Made by a program: the position numbers and the translations under genes. Shown in pieces: positions 22,605 through 33,647 of a stretch of DNA of 64,000 nt. Every line of letters starts with the position of its first letter. The first letter of the stretch is position 1. Source of the stretch: an uncultured Nitrososphaeraceae archaeon (lineage in GTDB: Archaea; Thermoproteota; Nitrososphaeria; Nitrososphaerales; Nitrososphaeraceae); NCBI GenBank assembly GCA_963825865.1, contig CAWGVG010000060.1, forward strand, positions 64,001 through 128,000, written 5' to 3'. Under the pieces are notes generated by a model. The model was given only the letters and a program-made list of their open reading frames with translations, did not search any database and was not told where the DNA came from.

Positions 22605-23040
22605 CTAAATTATTAATGAAGCCAGATTTGCTATTCTTGGCCATTTTTCTGCTGCTTTGGCAGCCACGGGTCCCTTAACATCAGTTCCTTTAATCTCTCC
22701 TTCAGGAGTTACAAGAACCGCCGCATTATCTTCAAATGTTACACGAACACCGTTCAATCTTTTTATAGGATATTTTTGTCTGACTATCACGGCACCGAAT
22801 ATCTGTTTGCGTATTTCTGCAGGACCCTTTTTAACTGTCACGGTCACAAAATCCCCTACAGCGGCTGCCAGGCAATCTTGAATGTCTTCCCTTGTACCTT
22901 GTAACTTGTGCTATACGCAAGATCTTTGCCCCAGTGTTATCTGCGCATACCAATTCCGCTGTAATCGGTAGAACTCTTGTAATATATGGACGAAATTCTT
23001 CGACACCCTTTGCCGAAACCGCCCTTGTTTTACTTGCCAT
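22605..23040 (-). CDS. rpl14: 50S ribosomal protein uL14; frameshift near 22869
   Basis: CADNTGAK and FEDNAAV, KGPVA. Confidence 0.94.
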
Positions 23041-23365
23041 CCTTATTACTAACCTCAATTACAACAAACGATACTGTCTTAGACAAAGGTCTACATTCAG
23101 CAATTTTTACCTCGGATCCTTCTCTAACATCTATACATTCTGGAATATACGCATGCATTCTTGATCTACTCCTCTCATACCTCTTATACTTTATGACAGG
23201 ATGCGGATATTCACGTTCTACAACCGCCATATTTTTTGCTTTAGCACTAACTATCGTTCCAGTAAACAATTTTCCTCTTACCGAAAGGACACCATGAAAC
23301 GGACATAGTCCGTCATCGCATGACTTCCTTGGCGGCATAACAGAAACACCTATATCTCTAACCAC
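23030..23365 (-). CDS. rps17: 30S ribosomal protein uS17
   Basis: CPFHG, KYKRYER, ECRPLSKT. Confidence 0.96.
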   Translation of the reverse strand: MVRDIGVSVMPPRKSCDDGLCPFHGVLSVRGKLFTGTIVSAKAKNMAVVEREYPHPVIKYKRYERSRSRMHAYIPECIDVREGSEVKIAECRPLSKTVSFVVIEVSNKDGK

Positions 23366-23371
23366 TCTTTA

Positions 23372-23647
23372 TCACCTCAATATAGCCCGTGTAACACGAT
23401 CCTCAGGTCTTCCTTTCAATACTGAACCATTTATAAAACAAATGCCTGATGGTAGTTGCATTCTAATTGTTTTTACTGATGTCTTTGCTACATGTTTTAT
23501 ACCGTTATTTGTCTTTATACTAATCATATTTTTTGTTTCTAAAACTATCTTTCCTGACAAGTTAGTAAGTGTTCTATCTCGGCTCTCCTCTATTTTAGAA
23601 TTAAGACCAACTATCTCATGTGAGGAAATGTTTTCGTTGGTAATCAT
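23372..23647 (-). CDS. rnp1: RNase P protein component 1 (Rpp29/Pop4)
   Basis: HEIVGL...GKIVLETKNM...GRPEDR; fused to uL29 in the ORF track only because of a frameshift. Confidence 0.88.
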   Translation of the reverse strand: MITNENISSHEIVGLNSKIEESRDRTLTNLSGKIVLETKNMISIKTNNGIKHVAKTSVKTIRMQLPSGICFINGSVLKGRPEDRVTRAILR

Positions 23648-23848
23648 GTTATCTTCCTCTCTGTGAGGAGCGTCAATATTCGGGCGATATCTCTTCTTAT
23701 CCATCTGATATTGCCCGTCTGCTTTTTCAGAGTTCCCTTTGCCAGCTTCGGATCTGAGTTTAGAGAGGTCTGCCTTCAAGTCTGATAATTTATCCGATAG
23801 GTCAACATTATTCATCTCTCTCAGTGTTTTTAATTTAACCCTGGCCAT
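23644..23848 (-). CDS. rpl29: 50S ribosomal protein uL29; frameshift near 23737
   Basis: LREMN..DL..KL..LK; shifted frame gives IRWIRRDIARILT. Confidence 0.88.
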
Positions 23849-24578
23849 TTGTTTTTCCTCCGGCAGCTAGAGCTTCTTGTCCCTCATGAGTCTGTCCTGT
23901 TGAAGTAGCCTGCTCAGGCATAACCTGTGGGGATGATTGCGTGTCTGTTGTTACCTGCGAATTCGACATTTGCGAATCAATCAAAGACATCTCAGATAGC
24001 TCAAATTCCTGAGGTATTTCATTTTTCAGTGCAATTCTCAACTGTATTCCCATAAGGCCCATCTTTGTCAAAACGTGCGTGATACCGACCTTTACTACCT
24101 TCTCTGCAACATCTCCACTTTTTGGCATAATTCCTGCTGAATGTTTTTCAAAATGAGCGCGTTCACTTCTAAGTTTGCCAGCAACCGTTACTTCCACTCC
24201 TAAAGCCCCAGCGTTACTAATTGTATTTATAGTCCAAAGACAGGCTCTTCTAAAAGCTGTACCGCGTTCAATTAGCTGGGCAATCCTATTGCACATTATC
24301 TTTGGATTCAATTCTGGGACAGGAACCTCGAGAACCGAAATTTGCGGATTTGTTAAAGCAAATTTTTGTTCTAGTTTTGTGGTAATATCCCTAATACCAG
24401 CACCTTTTCTTCCAATAACTAGACCAGGTCGAGTTACATAAAGTGTTATTCTGGTTCCGATAGGTGTTTTTTGAACATCAACACCACCATATCCTGCGTC
24501 CTTTAATGTTGCTGCAAGGTATTCATCAAGTTCCATGTTACGATAATTACTCTTCATCACATTCTTGACAGCGCTCAT
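23835..24578 (-). CDS. rps3: 30S ribosomal protein uS3
   Basis: RPGLVIGRKG KH motif, GKLRSERA. Confidence 0.96.
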   Translation of the reverse strand: MSAVKNVMKSNYRNMELDEYLAATLKDAGYGGVDVQKTPIGTRITLYVTRPGLVIGRKGAGIRDITTKLEQKFALTNPQISVLEVPVPELNPKIMCNRIAQLIERGTAFRRACLWTINTISNAGALGVEVTVAGKLRSERAHFEKHSAGIMPKSGDVAEKVVKVGITHVLTKMGLMGIQLRIALKNEIPQEFELSEMSLIDSQMSNSQVTTDTQSSPQVMPEQATSTGQTHEGQEALAAGGKTNGQG

Positions 24579-24581
24579 TAT

Positions 24582-25052
24582 TCAGATGTATCTCTCCTGT
24601 GCAATTAATTCTACATGTATCAAAGTATCGATCTTCGGACTCGCTCTTCCCATAGCGCGAGGAGTGAAGCGTTCAAGTTTAGTTCCTTTGTGCACCACAG
24701 CACTAACAATCTTCAATCTGTCAAGATCCATCCCCTTATACTCTGCATTAGATTCTAAATTGTCAAGAAGTAACAAATATTCCTTTGCTGCCTTTTGAGG
24801 ATATCTACCCGCAAAAAAACCATCTCGGATATTGGATCTGTGTGCAACTTCGTTGTTATAGCGCCTGTATGGAAGTGCAATTTTCTTGTCAATGATATTC
24901 TCCAAGAAAATTCTTGCTTTTTCAATTGACAGGCCCTTTATTGCTATTGCGACTTCACGAGCATGTTTATGAGAAACATCTTTTTCTCTAAGTGCTGCTC
25001 TGACGTGCTTTGTTTTGTCAAAATTTCGGAAAGCATATGAATAGTTTGGCAT
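24582..25052 (-). CDS. rpl22: 50S ribosomal protein uL22
   Basis: GRYPQKAA, NLESNAEYKG, PRAMGRA. Confidence 0.96.
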   Translation of the reverse strand: MPNYSYAFRNFDKTKHVRAALREKDVSHKHAREVAIAIKGLSIEKARIFLENIIDKKIALPYRRYNNEVAHRSNIRDGFFAGRYPQKAAKEYLLLLDNLESNAEYKGMDLDRLKIVSAVVHKGTKLERFTPRAMGRASPKIDTLIHVELIAQERYI

Positions 25053-25058
25053 ATAAAA

Positions 25059-25466
25059 TCACTTTAGTGGCACATACAGACTTGATCTTGACGAACCGAC
25101 TCCAGGTGCTCCATGCTGAACCCTTTTGTTTGTTATAGCGTATTCACCCAAATAATGTCCAATCATTTCTCGTTTAATATTAACACTTGAAAATTCCTTG
25201 CCATTATAAACATAGATTGCAAGACCAACCATATCAGGTAAAATTATCATATCTCTAACATGAGTTTTCAATTGACCTTTAAGTTTACCTTCCCGAGCTA
25301 GTTTTATCTCCCCCCGCAGTTTTCTCTTTTCATCATTCATATACGTACCGACCCTTTTGTCTAGGGATCTACGCTGTCTGGAATTTAAAAGCGGTAATAG
25401 TGCTTCTACAGATAATGCTTGTAATTGTTCAGATGCGTAACCTTTGAATTTGAACTCACGAACCAA
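25059..25466 (-). CDS. rps19: 30S ribosomal protein uS19
   Basis: KTHVRDMIILP, MIGHYLGE, HGAPG. Confidence 0.96.
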   Translation of the reverse strand: MVREFKFKGYASEQLQALSVEALLPLLNSRQRRSLDKRVGTYMNDEKRKLRGEIKLAREGKLKGQLKTHVRDMIILPDMVGLAIYVYNGKEFSSVNIKREMIGHYLGEYAITNKRVQHGAPGVGSSRSSLYVPLK

Positions 25467-25534
25467 TTATACCAATATGTCACCTATATTACTACTTTTA
25501 AATCTAACGTGAGATCACATGACAATGTCAATAT

Positions 25535-25828
25535 CTATACAAGACCTAACTTAGTAGCAAGCTCTCTAGCACCTTCAGCTGTTTGAAATTTAACTATCGC
25601 CTTTTTGCCCTGGATGGTTCTTGTAATGTTGACTCCAATCGCCTTGGATTCATACATTATCATTATTGCTTCTATAATTTGCTTCTTGGTTGCTTTTTCG
25701 GCTACGATAAATGCCAGTTTATTTTCCTTTTCTATCATATTGAACGTTTTTTCTGTTATATATGGCCTTAAAATTATCCCACTTACGTCATTCAAAGCCG
25801 TTGATTTAATTTCTGGTTTGCTGTTCAT
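25535..25828 (-). CDS. rpl23: 50S ribosomal protein uL23
   Basis: PYITEKT, GKKAIVK. Confidence 0.95.
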   Translation of the reverse strand: MNSKPEIKSTALNDVSGIILRPYITEKTFNMIEKENKLAFIVAEKATKKQIIEAIMIMYESKAIGVNITRTIQGKKAIVKFQTAEGARELATKLGLV

Positions 25829-26644
25829 CTACTTCTAATTATCTCCATTGCTTTATTCAATGGCGCTTTCATGTCATTTAATCGTTTAATCGCGTTTTCC
25901 GAAAAGATTGTTAATCTGATTGGCTTTGAACCAGGAACAAGATCTAATACACTTATTTTCTTCGCTTGCTTAACATCTATTCCAAAGATTGAACCAGATA
26001 TTCTGCCAATGTTTTCCTCATTGTCAACAACTATAAGGGCGCTAACACCTGAACGCGCCTGCCTACCCCTGCGTCTTGCAGTCCCGGATCTTGTTTTGTG
26101 CGAAAAACTCGATCTAACCAAATCTTCATCTAGACCTAAAGCTAAAAGTGCCTTGTGTAGATCTTTTGTTTTTGAAATCAATTCAATGTCATTAGAAACA
26201 ACGAGTGGAAAATTGGAAATTTTACTTACCTTATGGCCCCGTCTCTCAATAAGATCTTTCCTAGCTGTTGCTCGCGATAGCAGAACAGAGCCCTAGTTGT
26301 TTCTCCTTTATGTTAATTTTTTTGTAGGTATTCTTCCAGGATTCGGGAGGATGTGCAACCCTTCCATGCCTCACCCCCGCGACGCCTGCTGCCTGTCCAG
26401 CTCTTGCAAACCCTTCGCCGCGAGCTCTTGCAATTCTTGCTATGCCTAAGCCAGTATTGCGGGATTCAGCACTTACTATTTCACCAGCCGCTGGATAACG
26501 GCCTTGTTTTTGGAATGAATGCGACATCAAGCTCACATAAACCTTATGAATAATATCCGGTCGGAATGGAGTATCGAAAACCGCGGGTAATTGTATAGTA
26601 CCTGATTCTTTACCATCTATTTGGAAAATCTTAATGGCGGCCAT
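25825..26644 (-). CDS. rpl4: 50S ribosomal protein uL4; frameshift near 26273
   Basis: RPDII, GIARIAR, GRVAHPP, LDLVPG..PIRLT. Confidence 0.94.
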
Positions 26645-27639
26645 TAAGTTAAAACCTCTAAAACTTTTGGTTCTATTATCCTCTTATGAATATCCCTAAT
26701 AGGCTGCCTCATCTTGATTAGTCTCTTTGGAACTCCTGGGATAGACCCTTTTACCACAATGTAGTCGCCTTTTACCAGTCCAAAATGTTTGAAACCGCCA
26801 GTAGGAGTTATCGAATTTTGTTCGTCTCTTTCAGTATTTGATAATAACAAAATCCTCTTGTTATATTCAGTTCTCTGGTGAAAACCCCTTTGACCCTGCC
26901 TTGCAACGGTATACATTACTACAGCAGGCGAGATTGGACCCAGTGTGCCAACAGCACGGACACTCTTTCTTGACTTGTGCTGTTTTCTCTTTACGCCAAA
27001 CCTAGTTATTGGGCCTTCGACTCCTTTACCCCTCGTGATCCCAAAGACATCAATATATTGGCCTACCTGAAAAATATCACTTATACGAACTTGTTTGCCA
27101 AGGAGACTCTTTGCATAGTCATATCGAGCTTTAACATCCTTACCGGAAACAGCTATTTCAAAAACAAATGGTTTCTTTTGTGGAATGTTTATCTCATAGG
27201 GTGAGATTGCAACTATAGCCATTATTGAATTTGTCTTATCGAGAAGAGACACGGATTTTGCAAATGCTGCTTCATTATACTTGGCATCAAATTTTCGTAC
27301 GAGTTCTTTTGGAAGATCTTTTGCGTAAACATCAAAGAGAGCATGCCTTCCATAGAGATCTTGGTCATAACCACGAATACCAATAATCTTGATTGGTGGC
27401 GTAACAATAAGTGTTGACGAATTTAAAAGATGTTTTCCAAAATTTGGAGTCTTGTCTCTGTCATCGACAGTTAATATATTAATTTCACCTGCTTTAAAAC
27501 CTGCAAAACCAAGCAAAGCAGTTTTTTCTAGTGCAACGTTGGGCCAATTTCGCACTCTGGCCTCTAAGCTTTTCGCTCTAGCTCGCGGCCTAAATGCTAC
27601 GCTACCCCTCCTTGGCGCACTGTATTTACGGTGACCCAT
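26644..27639 (-). CDS. rpl3: 50S ribosomal protein uL3
   Basis: PRRGS..FRPR, GFHQRTEYNK, KGSIPG. Confidence 0.97.
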   Translation of the reverse strand: MGHRKYSAPRRGSVAFRPRARAKSLEARVRNWPNVALEKTALLGFAGFKAGEINILTVDDRDKTPNFGKHLLNSSTLIVTPPIKIIGIRGYDQDLYGRHALFDVYAKDLPKELVRKFDAKYNEAAFAKSVSLLDKTNSIMAIVAISPYEINIPQKKPFVFEIAVSGKDVKARYDYAKSLLGKQVRISDIFQVGQYIDVFGITRGKGVEGPITRFGVKRKQHKSRKSVRAVGTLGPISPAVVMYTVARQGQRGFHQRTEYNKRILLLSNTERDEQNSITPTGGFKHFGLVKGDYIVVKGSIPGVPKRLIKMRQPIRDIHKRIIEPKVLEVLT

Positions 27640-27814
27640 AGATAGAGCAAAAGTCCATTTCTCCCTTAATAAATTTATAACTGCTTAGGAGGAGGAATAT
27701 GCTAATCTACGTTTTCAAATTTGGAATTGCAAAAAACGAAAATCAAAAGGAAGTCGACTAATGAGAAGAATCTTTTGTGGACTTGGTGCTACATGATTCA
27801 TTTTAAGAATAATA

Positions 27815-28666
27815 TCAATATTTGGATAAAACATGGTTAAGGATGGCCAGCGTTCCCAACACTGATTCTTCTAATCTCACAGTTTCGGTGCCTTGAAAAG
27901 GAAACATATTTACAACAAATTCATAGGATTTTATACTCTGTCCTTCATCACTCAAAATTTGTTCGACTCCTTTTTTGGGCCCACCGAAAACTAATAATAG
28001 ATTACGTATCGATTTTAACCTCTCAGTAAGTTTAGCCTCATTGCTTTTGAAATACGATCCTTTTCTAGAGGTGATAACAACTTCTGTATTTTCAGTTCCT
28101 TTCAGCAATTTATGAAGGCTCGGAACTTCTTTCACTTCATATCCCCAATAATAACCTTTAATATCTTCGGTAGTAGCCTCCTCAGCCCGTAAATTAGGAT
28201 AAGCTGATGTAAATTTAACATTTACCTTTTTTCCTTCAAATCCTTTGCCATCATAAAGGACAAGAGTACCTAAGCCTACCTCAACGTACAAGGTACCTTT
28301 TACTTTTACAATAACCCCTACACGAATATCGTCAATCTTAATATTCTTCACATCTTCAAGGTGTTTGTGATGAGGTGCCTTTATTGGATGAAGAATTCCT
28401 GCATATTCTAGTTGTATCATTCGCCTATACAAAATTCTTCTCAGATACTGAGGAGTGTCAAGATAGCGCAATAGTGTAGTTAATATAGTAAGGTCTTCCT
28501 TTTCGACTTGAGAATCTTTGCAATGATAGATATAAATTCTTTTTACCCTAAATATCGCAGATGCTCTAGCAAATTGGGAGATTTTGATGCTTTTGTCTCT
28601 CTTTGTCTGTTCATCTGATATGGCTGAATCTGGAATTGCAATCCAAAGTTCCAAAGGATTTTTCAT
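27815..28666 (-). CDS. SPOUT-family RNA methyltransferase (SPOUT1/DUF171-like)
   Basis: IAIPDS, ARASAIFRV, YLDTPQYLR, VFGGP, FPFQGTETVRLEE. Confidence 0.88.
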   Translation of the reverse strand: MKNPLELWIAIPDSAISDEQTKRDKSIKISQFARASAIFRVKRIYIYHCKDSQVEKEDLTILTTLLRYLDTPQYLRRILYRRMIQLEYAGILHPIKAPHHKHLEDVKNIKIDDIRVGVIVKVKGTLYVEVGLGTLVLYDGKGFEGKKVNVKFTSAYPNLRAEEATTEDIKGYYWGYEVKEVPSLHKLLKGTENTEVVITSRKGSYFKSNEAKLTERLKSIRNLLLVFGGPKKGVEQILSDEGQSIKSYEFVVNMFPFQGTETVRLEESVLGTLAILNHVLSKY

Positions 28667-29326
28667 TTATTCTTCCAATAAATGCTTGATCATATCTTCG
28701 TGAAATCCGTTGGCTCCGAACATAATTTGGCGTACTATTCCTTTCTTATCGATTAGAATGGCAGATGGAGTGCCTTGCAGCCCATACTCCTCGAAGGTTT
28801 CAGCCAAATATTGTTTCGTGTTGAAATATTGTTTGACACGTTCAATCATGATTGTTTTATTATTTTCATCATAAGATGAGAAATCAGGTACATTTGCCTC
28901 TATAAAGGCCATGACTCCCTCTTGAGAATAATTTCGTTCTTTTTTCAATGAATCCATTGCTACAGGAAATGGAATATTATAAGGTAATTTCTTTCCTTGA
29001 ATCAATTGACCATATTGTCTAAGTGCGCTGCGTGTCTCACCAATTACTTCTCCACTGGAAAATAACAGTTTCAAATTATCAAGGGTATTCTTGTCGTAGT
29101 CTTCAAATGCTGTTGCAAGCCCAATGACAACAACACCACTGTTATGATATTTTCTATAAATATCTATTGCAGCTGGAATACCATAAAGAAAGCATCCAGG
29201 GCAATTAACTTGGAAGACCTCTAGGAAGACAACGTGGCCTTTTTCTTTATCGATATTAGTCGGCTCACCATAAACCCATTCAGAAACCTTAAGATTTGGT
29301 GCTGTTGAACCAATCTGTATAACCAT
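28667..29326 (-). CDS. Thioredoxin-fold redoxin (TlpA/AhpC-TSA-like)
   Basis: FQVNCPGC CxxC, YGLQGTPS..LIDKKG. Confidence 0.85.
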   Translation of the reverse strand: MVIQIGSTAPNLKVSEWVYGEPTNIDKEKGHVVFLEVFQVNCPGCFLYGIPAAIDIYRKYHNSGVVVIGLATAFEDYDKNTLDNLKLLFSSGEVIGETRSALRQYGQLIQGKKLPYNIPFPVAMDSLKKERNYSQEGVMAFIEANVPDFSSYDENNKTIMIERVKQYFNTKQYLAETFEEYGLQGTPSAILIDKKGIVRQIMFGANGFHEDMIKHLLEE

Positions 29327-29373
29327 AAAATGAAATTTGGCTAAACATTATTTAAATCAATGGCGGACCTCAT

Positions 29374-30099
29374 TTATTTGATCTTTTCTTTTGCCATTCT
29401 GGCGTATTTTTCTATCTCTTCCTCTTCAACTTTCCGCATAGTTTTTGTGTCATTGTCTATAATCGCCATTTTTATATGTCTAATACCTGTTTTATCTTCA
29501 CTTACTAGATAAATTGATTCCATTGCCAGAGTGCTCGCCTCATCCATAGAGATGTCGTTATTATAACTTTTTTCTAAGAATTCAGTAACTTGATCACTGC
29601 CTGCACCGATAGCCACTGCATCATAGCCAATGTATGTACCACTGGGATCGGTTAGATAAAGAGCTGCACCGCTCTTGTCAACTCCTGCGAGAATCAATGC
29701 AACTCCAAAAGGTCTAACGCCTGCATATTGTGTAAATTGCTGAGCCATATCCGCTATGTTTTTGGCAACTCCTTCGACGTCTACCGGTTCATCGTAAATT
29801 AATCGGTTGCTCTGTGCAAAGAACCTTGCATGGTCAACTTGCGTCCTTGCATCAGGAATATAGCCTGCTCCTGCAACTCCAACATGATCATCAACTTGGA
29901 AAATTTTCTGTGTAACATTTGAGATCTGTAATTTTCTAGCTTTTTCTTCGACGGCAAGAATCACACCTGTTTTGCTTTTTATTCCAATAGCTAATGTTCC
30001 TCTTCTAACTGTTTCAATTGCATACTCTACCTGGTAGAGTCGGCCGTCAGGAGAGAAGACAGTGATAGCTCGGTCATAACCCGCTGCTGCTGGTAACAC
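29374..30099 (-). CDS. psmA: Proteasome alpha subunit
   Basis: YDRAITVFSPDGRLYQVEYA, RPFGVA. Confidence 0.97.
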   Translation of the reverse strand: MLPAAAGYDRAITVFSPDGRLYQVEYAIETVRRGTLAIGIKSKTGVILAVEEKARKLQISNVTQKIFQVDDHVGVAGAGYIPDARTQVDHARFFAQSNRLIYDEPVDVEGVAKNIADMAQQFTQYAGVRPFGVALILAGVDKSGAALYLTDPSGTYIGYDAVAIGAGSDQVTEFLEKSYNNDISMDEASTLAMESIYLVSEDKTGIRHIKMAIIDNDTKTMRKVEEEEIEKYARMAKEKIK

Positions 30100-30196
30100 T
30101 TCATTTTTTACTACTTCGTAAAGTTTAATTTAAATTTACCTTCAAACTTTGCATTTACGGTAGGTTTAATTTTGGCACCAGCAACTTGCAATTGCT

Positions 30197-30616
30197 ATGG
30201 TGCAAGAAGAGGTTGTTTTTTACGGTCATTCAAACATCCGGTCTACACATAACCGTACCTTCGAAATAACCAAAAGTTCAAATCTTACCCCAAAAGGGGA
30301 CTGCATAATTGGTGTTAGAGCAGACAAGGCCTGTAGCGATTTAAATCAGACATTGAAACAGCTTTTGAAGGAAGATAATTCAATTGTCAAGATGGAAATT
30401 ATGGTAGGCAATAAACTATTTCAAATAAAAGGTCATAGCAGTAATGGCCTTTTGCTTTTGAACAAACACGATATCGTAGTAAGGAAAACAAGTTTTATCT
30501 GTCATAGGACCATGTCAGTAGGCTGCGACAAGGCCTCTTCTGACATTCCTAGAGACACTATTCAATTACTGCGAAATCCGGAAACAAAAGGGATTCTCAG
30601 GATAACAATAGAATAG
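30197..30616 (+). CDS. DUF371 domain protein
   Basis: GHSNIRSTH.RTFEITK...GDCIIGV. Confidence 0.85.
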   Translation: MVQEEVVFYGHSNIRSTHNRTFEITKSSNLTPKGDCIIGVRADKACSDLNQTLKQLLKEDNSIVKMEIMVGNKLFQIKGHSSNGLLLLNKHDIVVRKTSFICHRTMSVGCDKASSDIPRDTIQLLRNPETKGILRITIE

Positions 30617-30710
30617 GATTACGCCAGGTTCATACTAGTAAATCAAAACTAATTGAATTTTTGTCGTAAGTCCAATTTTGACGAATTTTTCTCAGTGAGC
30701 TTATAAAAAA

Positions 30711-31529
30711 TTACAGCTTTTTTCCCGTAATTCTTTCATACGCAACTATATAACGATCGCTTAATTTAGCCACAATGTCTGGTGCGATTATTGGCGGTTC
30801 GGGCTTCTTTCCTTCTTTTGCAAATTTGTCTATAGTATCTTTGAATCCAATGTTTATAAGCCAATCTCTTAACAACTGCTTATCATAACTTTCCTGAGTT
30901 TTTCCGGGCTGATAAGATGAACTTAACCACAGACGATACTCGTCAGGACCAAGAGAATCGCTTAAAAGTATCTCGCCGGTCTTAGCATCTCGACCGAATT
31001 CAAATTTAACATCAGCAATAATGAACCCCGCCCTTTCGGCTATCTTGCTCATTTTTTTGTATAACCAGATTGAAGTTTGTTTCATGAAGTCCAATTCTTT
31101 TCTTAATAAAACACCCTGCGATACCATTTCGTCGCCATTAATCGGAATATCGTGTTCCTCAGATTTTGTAGTAGGATCAAATAGAGGCTCAGGTAATTTT
31201 GCGGCCTTTATTAGAGTAGTTTTTCCCTTCTTGTAGCGGCAAAATAAACTACCATAAAGATATCCTCTTACGACGCATTCTATGGGGATCATCTCTAACC
31301 TTTTTACCACCATTTTGTCGATATCTTGAACTCTTATCATGTGATGTTTGGTACCTAAGTTGTTAAACCAGTATTCTCCAAATTTGCAAAGCACCTCTCC
31401 CTTTCTTGGGATAGCTGTAGTCATTTGGATATCGAATGCAGAAATACGGTCAGAAAAATACAATAAAATATTCCCATCTTCTAATTCGTAGATGTCTTTT
31501 ACTTTTCCCTGCCGTAATAATTTCATCAA
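30711..31529 (-). CDS. purC: SAICAR synthase
   Basis: GKVKDIY, SDRISAFD, ECVVRGY, DVKFEFG, DKQLLR. Confidence 0.95.
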   Translation of the reverse strand: MMKLLRQGKVKDIYELEDGNILLYFSDRISAFDIQMTTAIPRKGEVLCKFGEYWFNNLGTKHHMIRVQDIDKMVVKRLEMIPIECVVRGYLYGSLFCRYKKGKTTLIKAAKLPEPLFDPTTKSEEHDIPINGDEMVSQGVLLRKELDFMKQTSIWLYKKMSKIAERAGFIIADVKFEFGRDAKTGEILLSDSLGPDEYRLWLSSSYQPGKTQESYDKQLLRDWLINIGFKDTIDKFAKEGKKPEPPIIAPDIVAKLSDRYIVAYERITGKKL

Positions 31530-31663
31530 AGAATCTTATTTGAGTCGGATAAAATATGTTTGTAATCCGACGAATGTTTTCCTCTGTTACAATAAGTTAG
31601 TTTTTGATTCAGTGTTTGCTGTAAAAATATCTTCGTTTGGTTTGGATACAGTGTTAAAAATAT

Positions 31664-31738
31664 AGGTCATGGTGGGATTCGGACCCACGACCTAAGGTTT
31701 ACAAAACCTTCGCTCTAACCAATCTGAGCTACATGACC
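31664..31738 (-). tRNA. tRNA-Thr(TGT), intronless
   Basis: GGTCATG/CATGACC acceptor, AAGGT-TTTGTAA-ACCTT anticodon arm, GTGGG-TCCGAAT-CCCAC T arm. Confidence 0.9.
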
Positions 31739-31845
31739 GCGGTCTAAAGACAAGCGAAATTCTTCAGCTGAACATAATTAATTCTTTCGGCAGAATCCAA
31801 TATTTGCATTCCTTTAAATCGTATATTTAACTAACGATTGTTATC

Positions 31846-32136
31846 GTGACTAAAAAGACATCTGCTGCTTCAAAGTTTGTCGTTGTGGTTACTATCGAGA
31901 ACAAACCGCACATTAATGATCCCGAAGGTGAAACAATTCACCGCGATCTTATACTTAAGGGAGGATATTCAACTGTCGAATCGGTCAGATGTGCAAAGAC
32001 CTTGAAGATGATAGTAAGGGAAAGAACCGAGCAGGAAGCAGAAAAAATCGTAGAAAAGCTTTGCGAAGAATTGCGAATCTTCAATCCTGTTGTGAGCGAC
32101 TGTATAATTAAGTCAAAAGGTAAATTATTAAACTAA
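31846..32136 (+). CDS. purS: FGAM synthase subunit PurS
   Basis: KPHINDPEGETI, LCEEL..FNPVV. Confidence 0.9.
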   Translation: MTKKTSAASKFVVVVTIENKPHINDPEGETIHRDLILKGGYSTVESVRCAKTLKMIVRERTEQEAEKIVEKLCEELRIFNPVVSDCIIKSKGKLLN

Positions 32137-32205
32137 TATTTATTTTCATAAAATCGGAAGCAGGTAACACCAATGATTGATTGTAATTTGCTAGATTGAA
32201 AATAG

Positions 32206-33647
32206 CTATTCTTGACCTTTCATTTGTGCTCTTGATTTAAAAATAGGCTTAATCCCTAGCGGTGAATAGTCGCCATTTGAGCAGCTAAAACACAGCTCTT
32301 GTTTAGGAATCCCAATTGCCTTAGCTAGGTTTGATGTGTCATTATAAGCGACGTAATCTGCGCCAATGATTTTAGAAATCTTTGAGCCGATCTTTGTATT
32401 CGAGATTTCTCCTTTTGCCTGCTGGTAAGCCAAAAGCTCTTGCTGCGAAGGAAAGTCGATGCCCGCGTAGCATGGATAGCGAACTGGAGGATAGGTGACA
32501 ATCATGCTAATTCTCCTTGCACCAACAGCACGTAGAATTTTGATAATAGATGCAGAACTTGTTCCTCTAACAATACTGTCATCAACAATAACTACGTGTT
32601 TATCCTTGATAATATCGTGGATCGGTATGATCCCCTTGTTTATTTCTACCCTGTCTTCTTGATATGGTTCTATGAAGCTGCGCATCGAACCTTTCTTTCT
32701 GTATCTATCCTTGAGCAAGCCTTCTTCGAAAGGAATGCCTAATTCTTGTGCATATCCCAATGCTGCCTGGTCGGGCTGAATCTGGAACAGGTATTACAAC
32801 GTCAGCGTCCTTGATAGGAAATTTTTTGGCTAGTAATTGTCCAATCCTTTTTCTTACTTCATATACATTCGCCCCTTCAATTACGCTACTCGGATGAGCG
32901 AAATAGGTGTATTCAAAGGCACAATGAGCATGGGACTTTTCTGTAGAAAATCGTTGCTGCTCAATTCCATCGCTACTTATCTTAATAAGCTCCCCCGGTT
33001 CTATATCTCGCGTTAATTGTGCGTCTACGGCAGATAAAGCACAGGATTCTGATGCAATGATGAAGGTATTACTCTCCTTATGATGCCCCAAAACAAGTGG
33101 CCTGAAACCCTTTGTATCCCGTGCTGCATAAACTGAACCATTATCCGTTAGAAATGTGAAGCAAAATGAACCGACCATTTCACCTTTCAGAATATACAAG
33201 GCCTTTGTCATATCTCCTTTCTCAGCAACGTGCATAACAAGACGTTGTGCTGCAACGAGAGTATCGCTCATAGTCTGGGGAGTAAATGTACATCCACCTA
33301 CCATGCTTGATAACTCTTCGACATTGGCAATAGTCCCGTTATGTGCAACACAAAGATCTTTTACCTTCAGAGGTTGAGCATTTTCTAAGAGTACTCTTAC
33401 CCAGAGTTGAATAACGAACATGACCGATTGCAGCGTTTGAATTAAACTTTTTAATTATAGTCTGAAATTCTGGAGCCGCCGCAGAAACTAGTCCTAGCCG
33501 CTTTAAAGGAGGCTTGTGTGGAACTGCGAGTCCCCAAGATTCCTGGCCTCGATGCTGCAATGCACGCAGGGTATCTACGACAAAGGGTATAACATTATGA
33601 CCCGCCAGTGAAAATACACCAACCACCCCGCAGTTTTCATGAATCAT
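32206..33647 (-). CDS. purF: Amidophosphoribosyltransferase; two frameshifts
   Basis: ENCGV, QHRGQES, GHVRYST, AHNGT, VDDSIVRGT. Confidence 0.94.

Noticed and set aside
23372-23848. uL29-Rpp29 fusion protein
   Set aside because: Artifact of one extra base near 23737; correction restores uL29 and an ATGA overlap.
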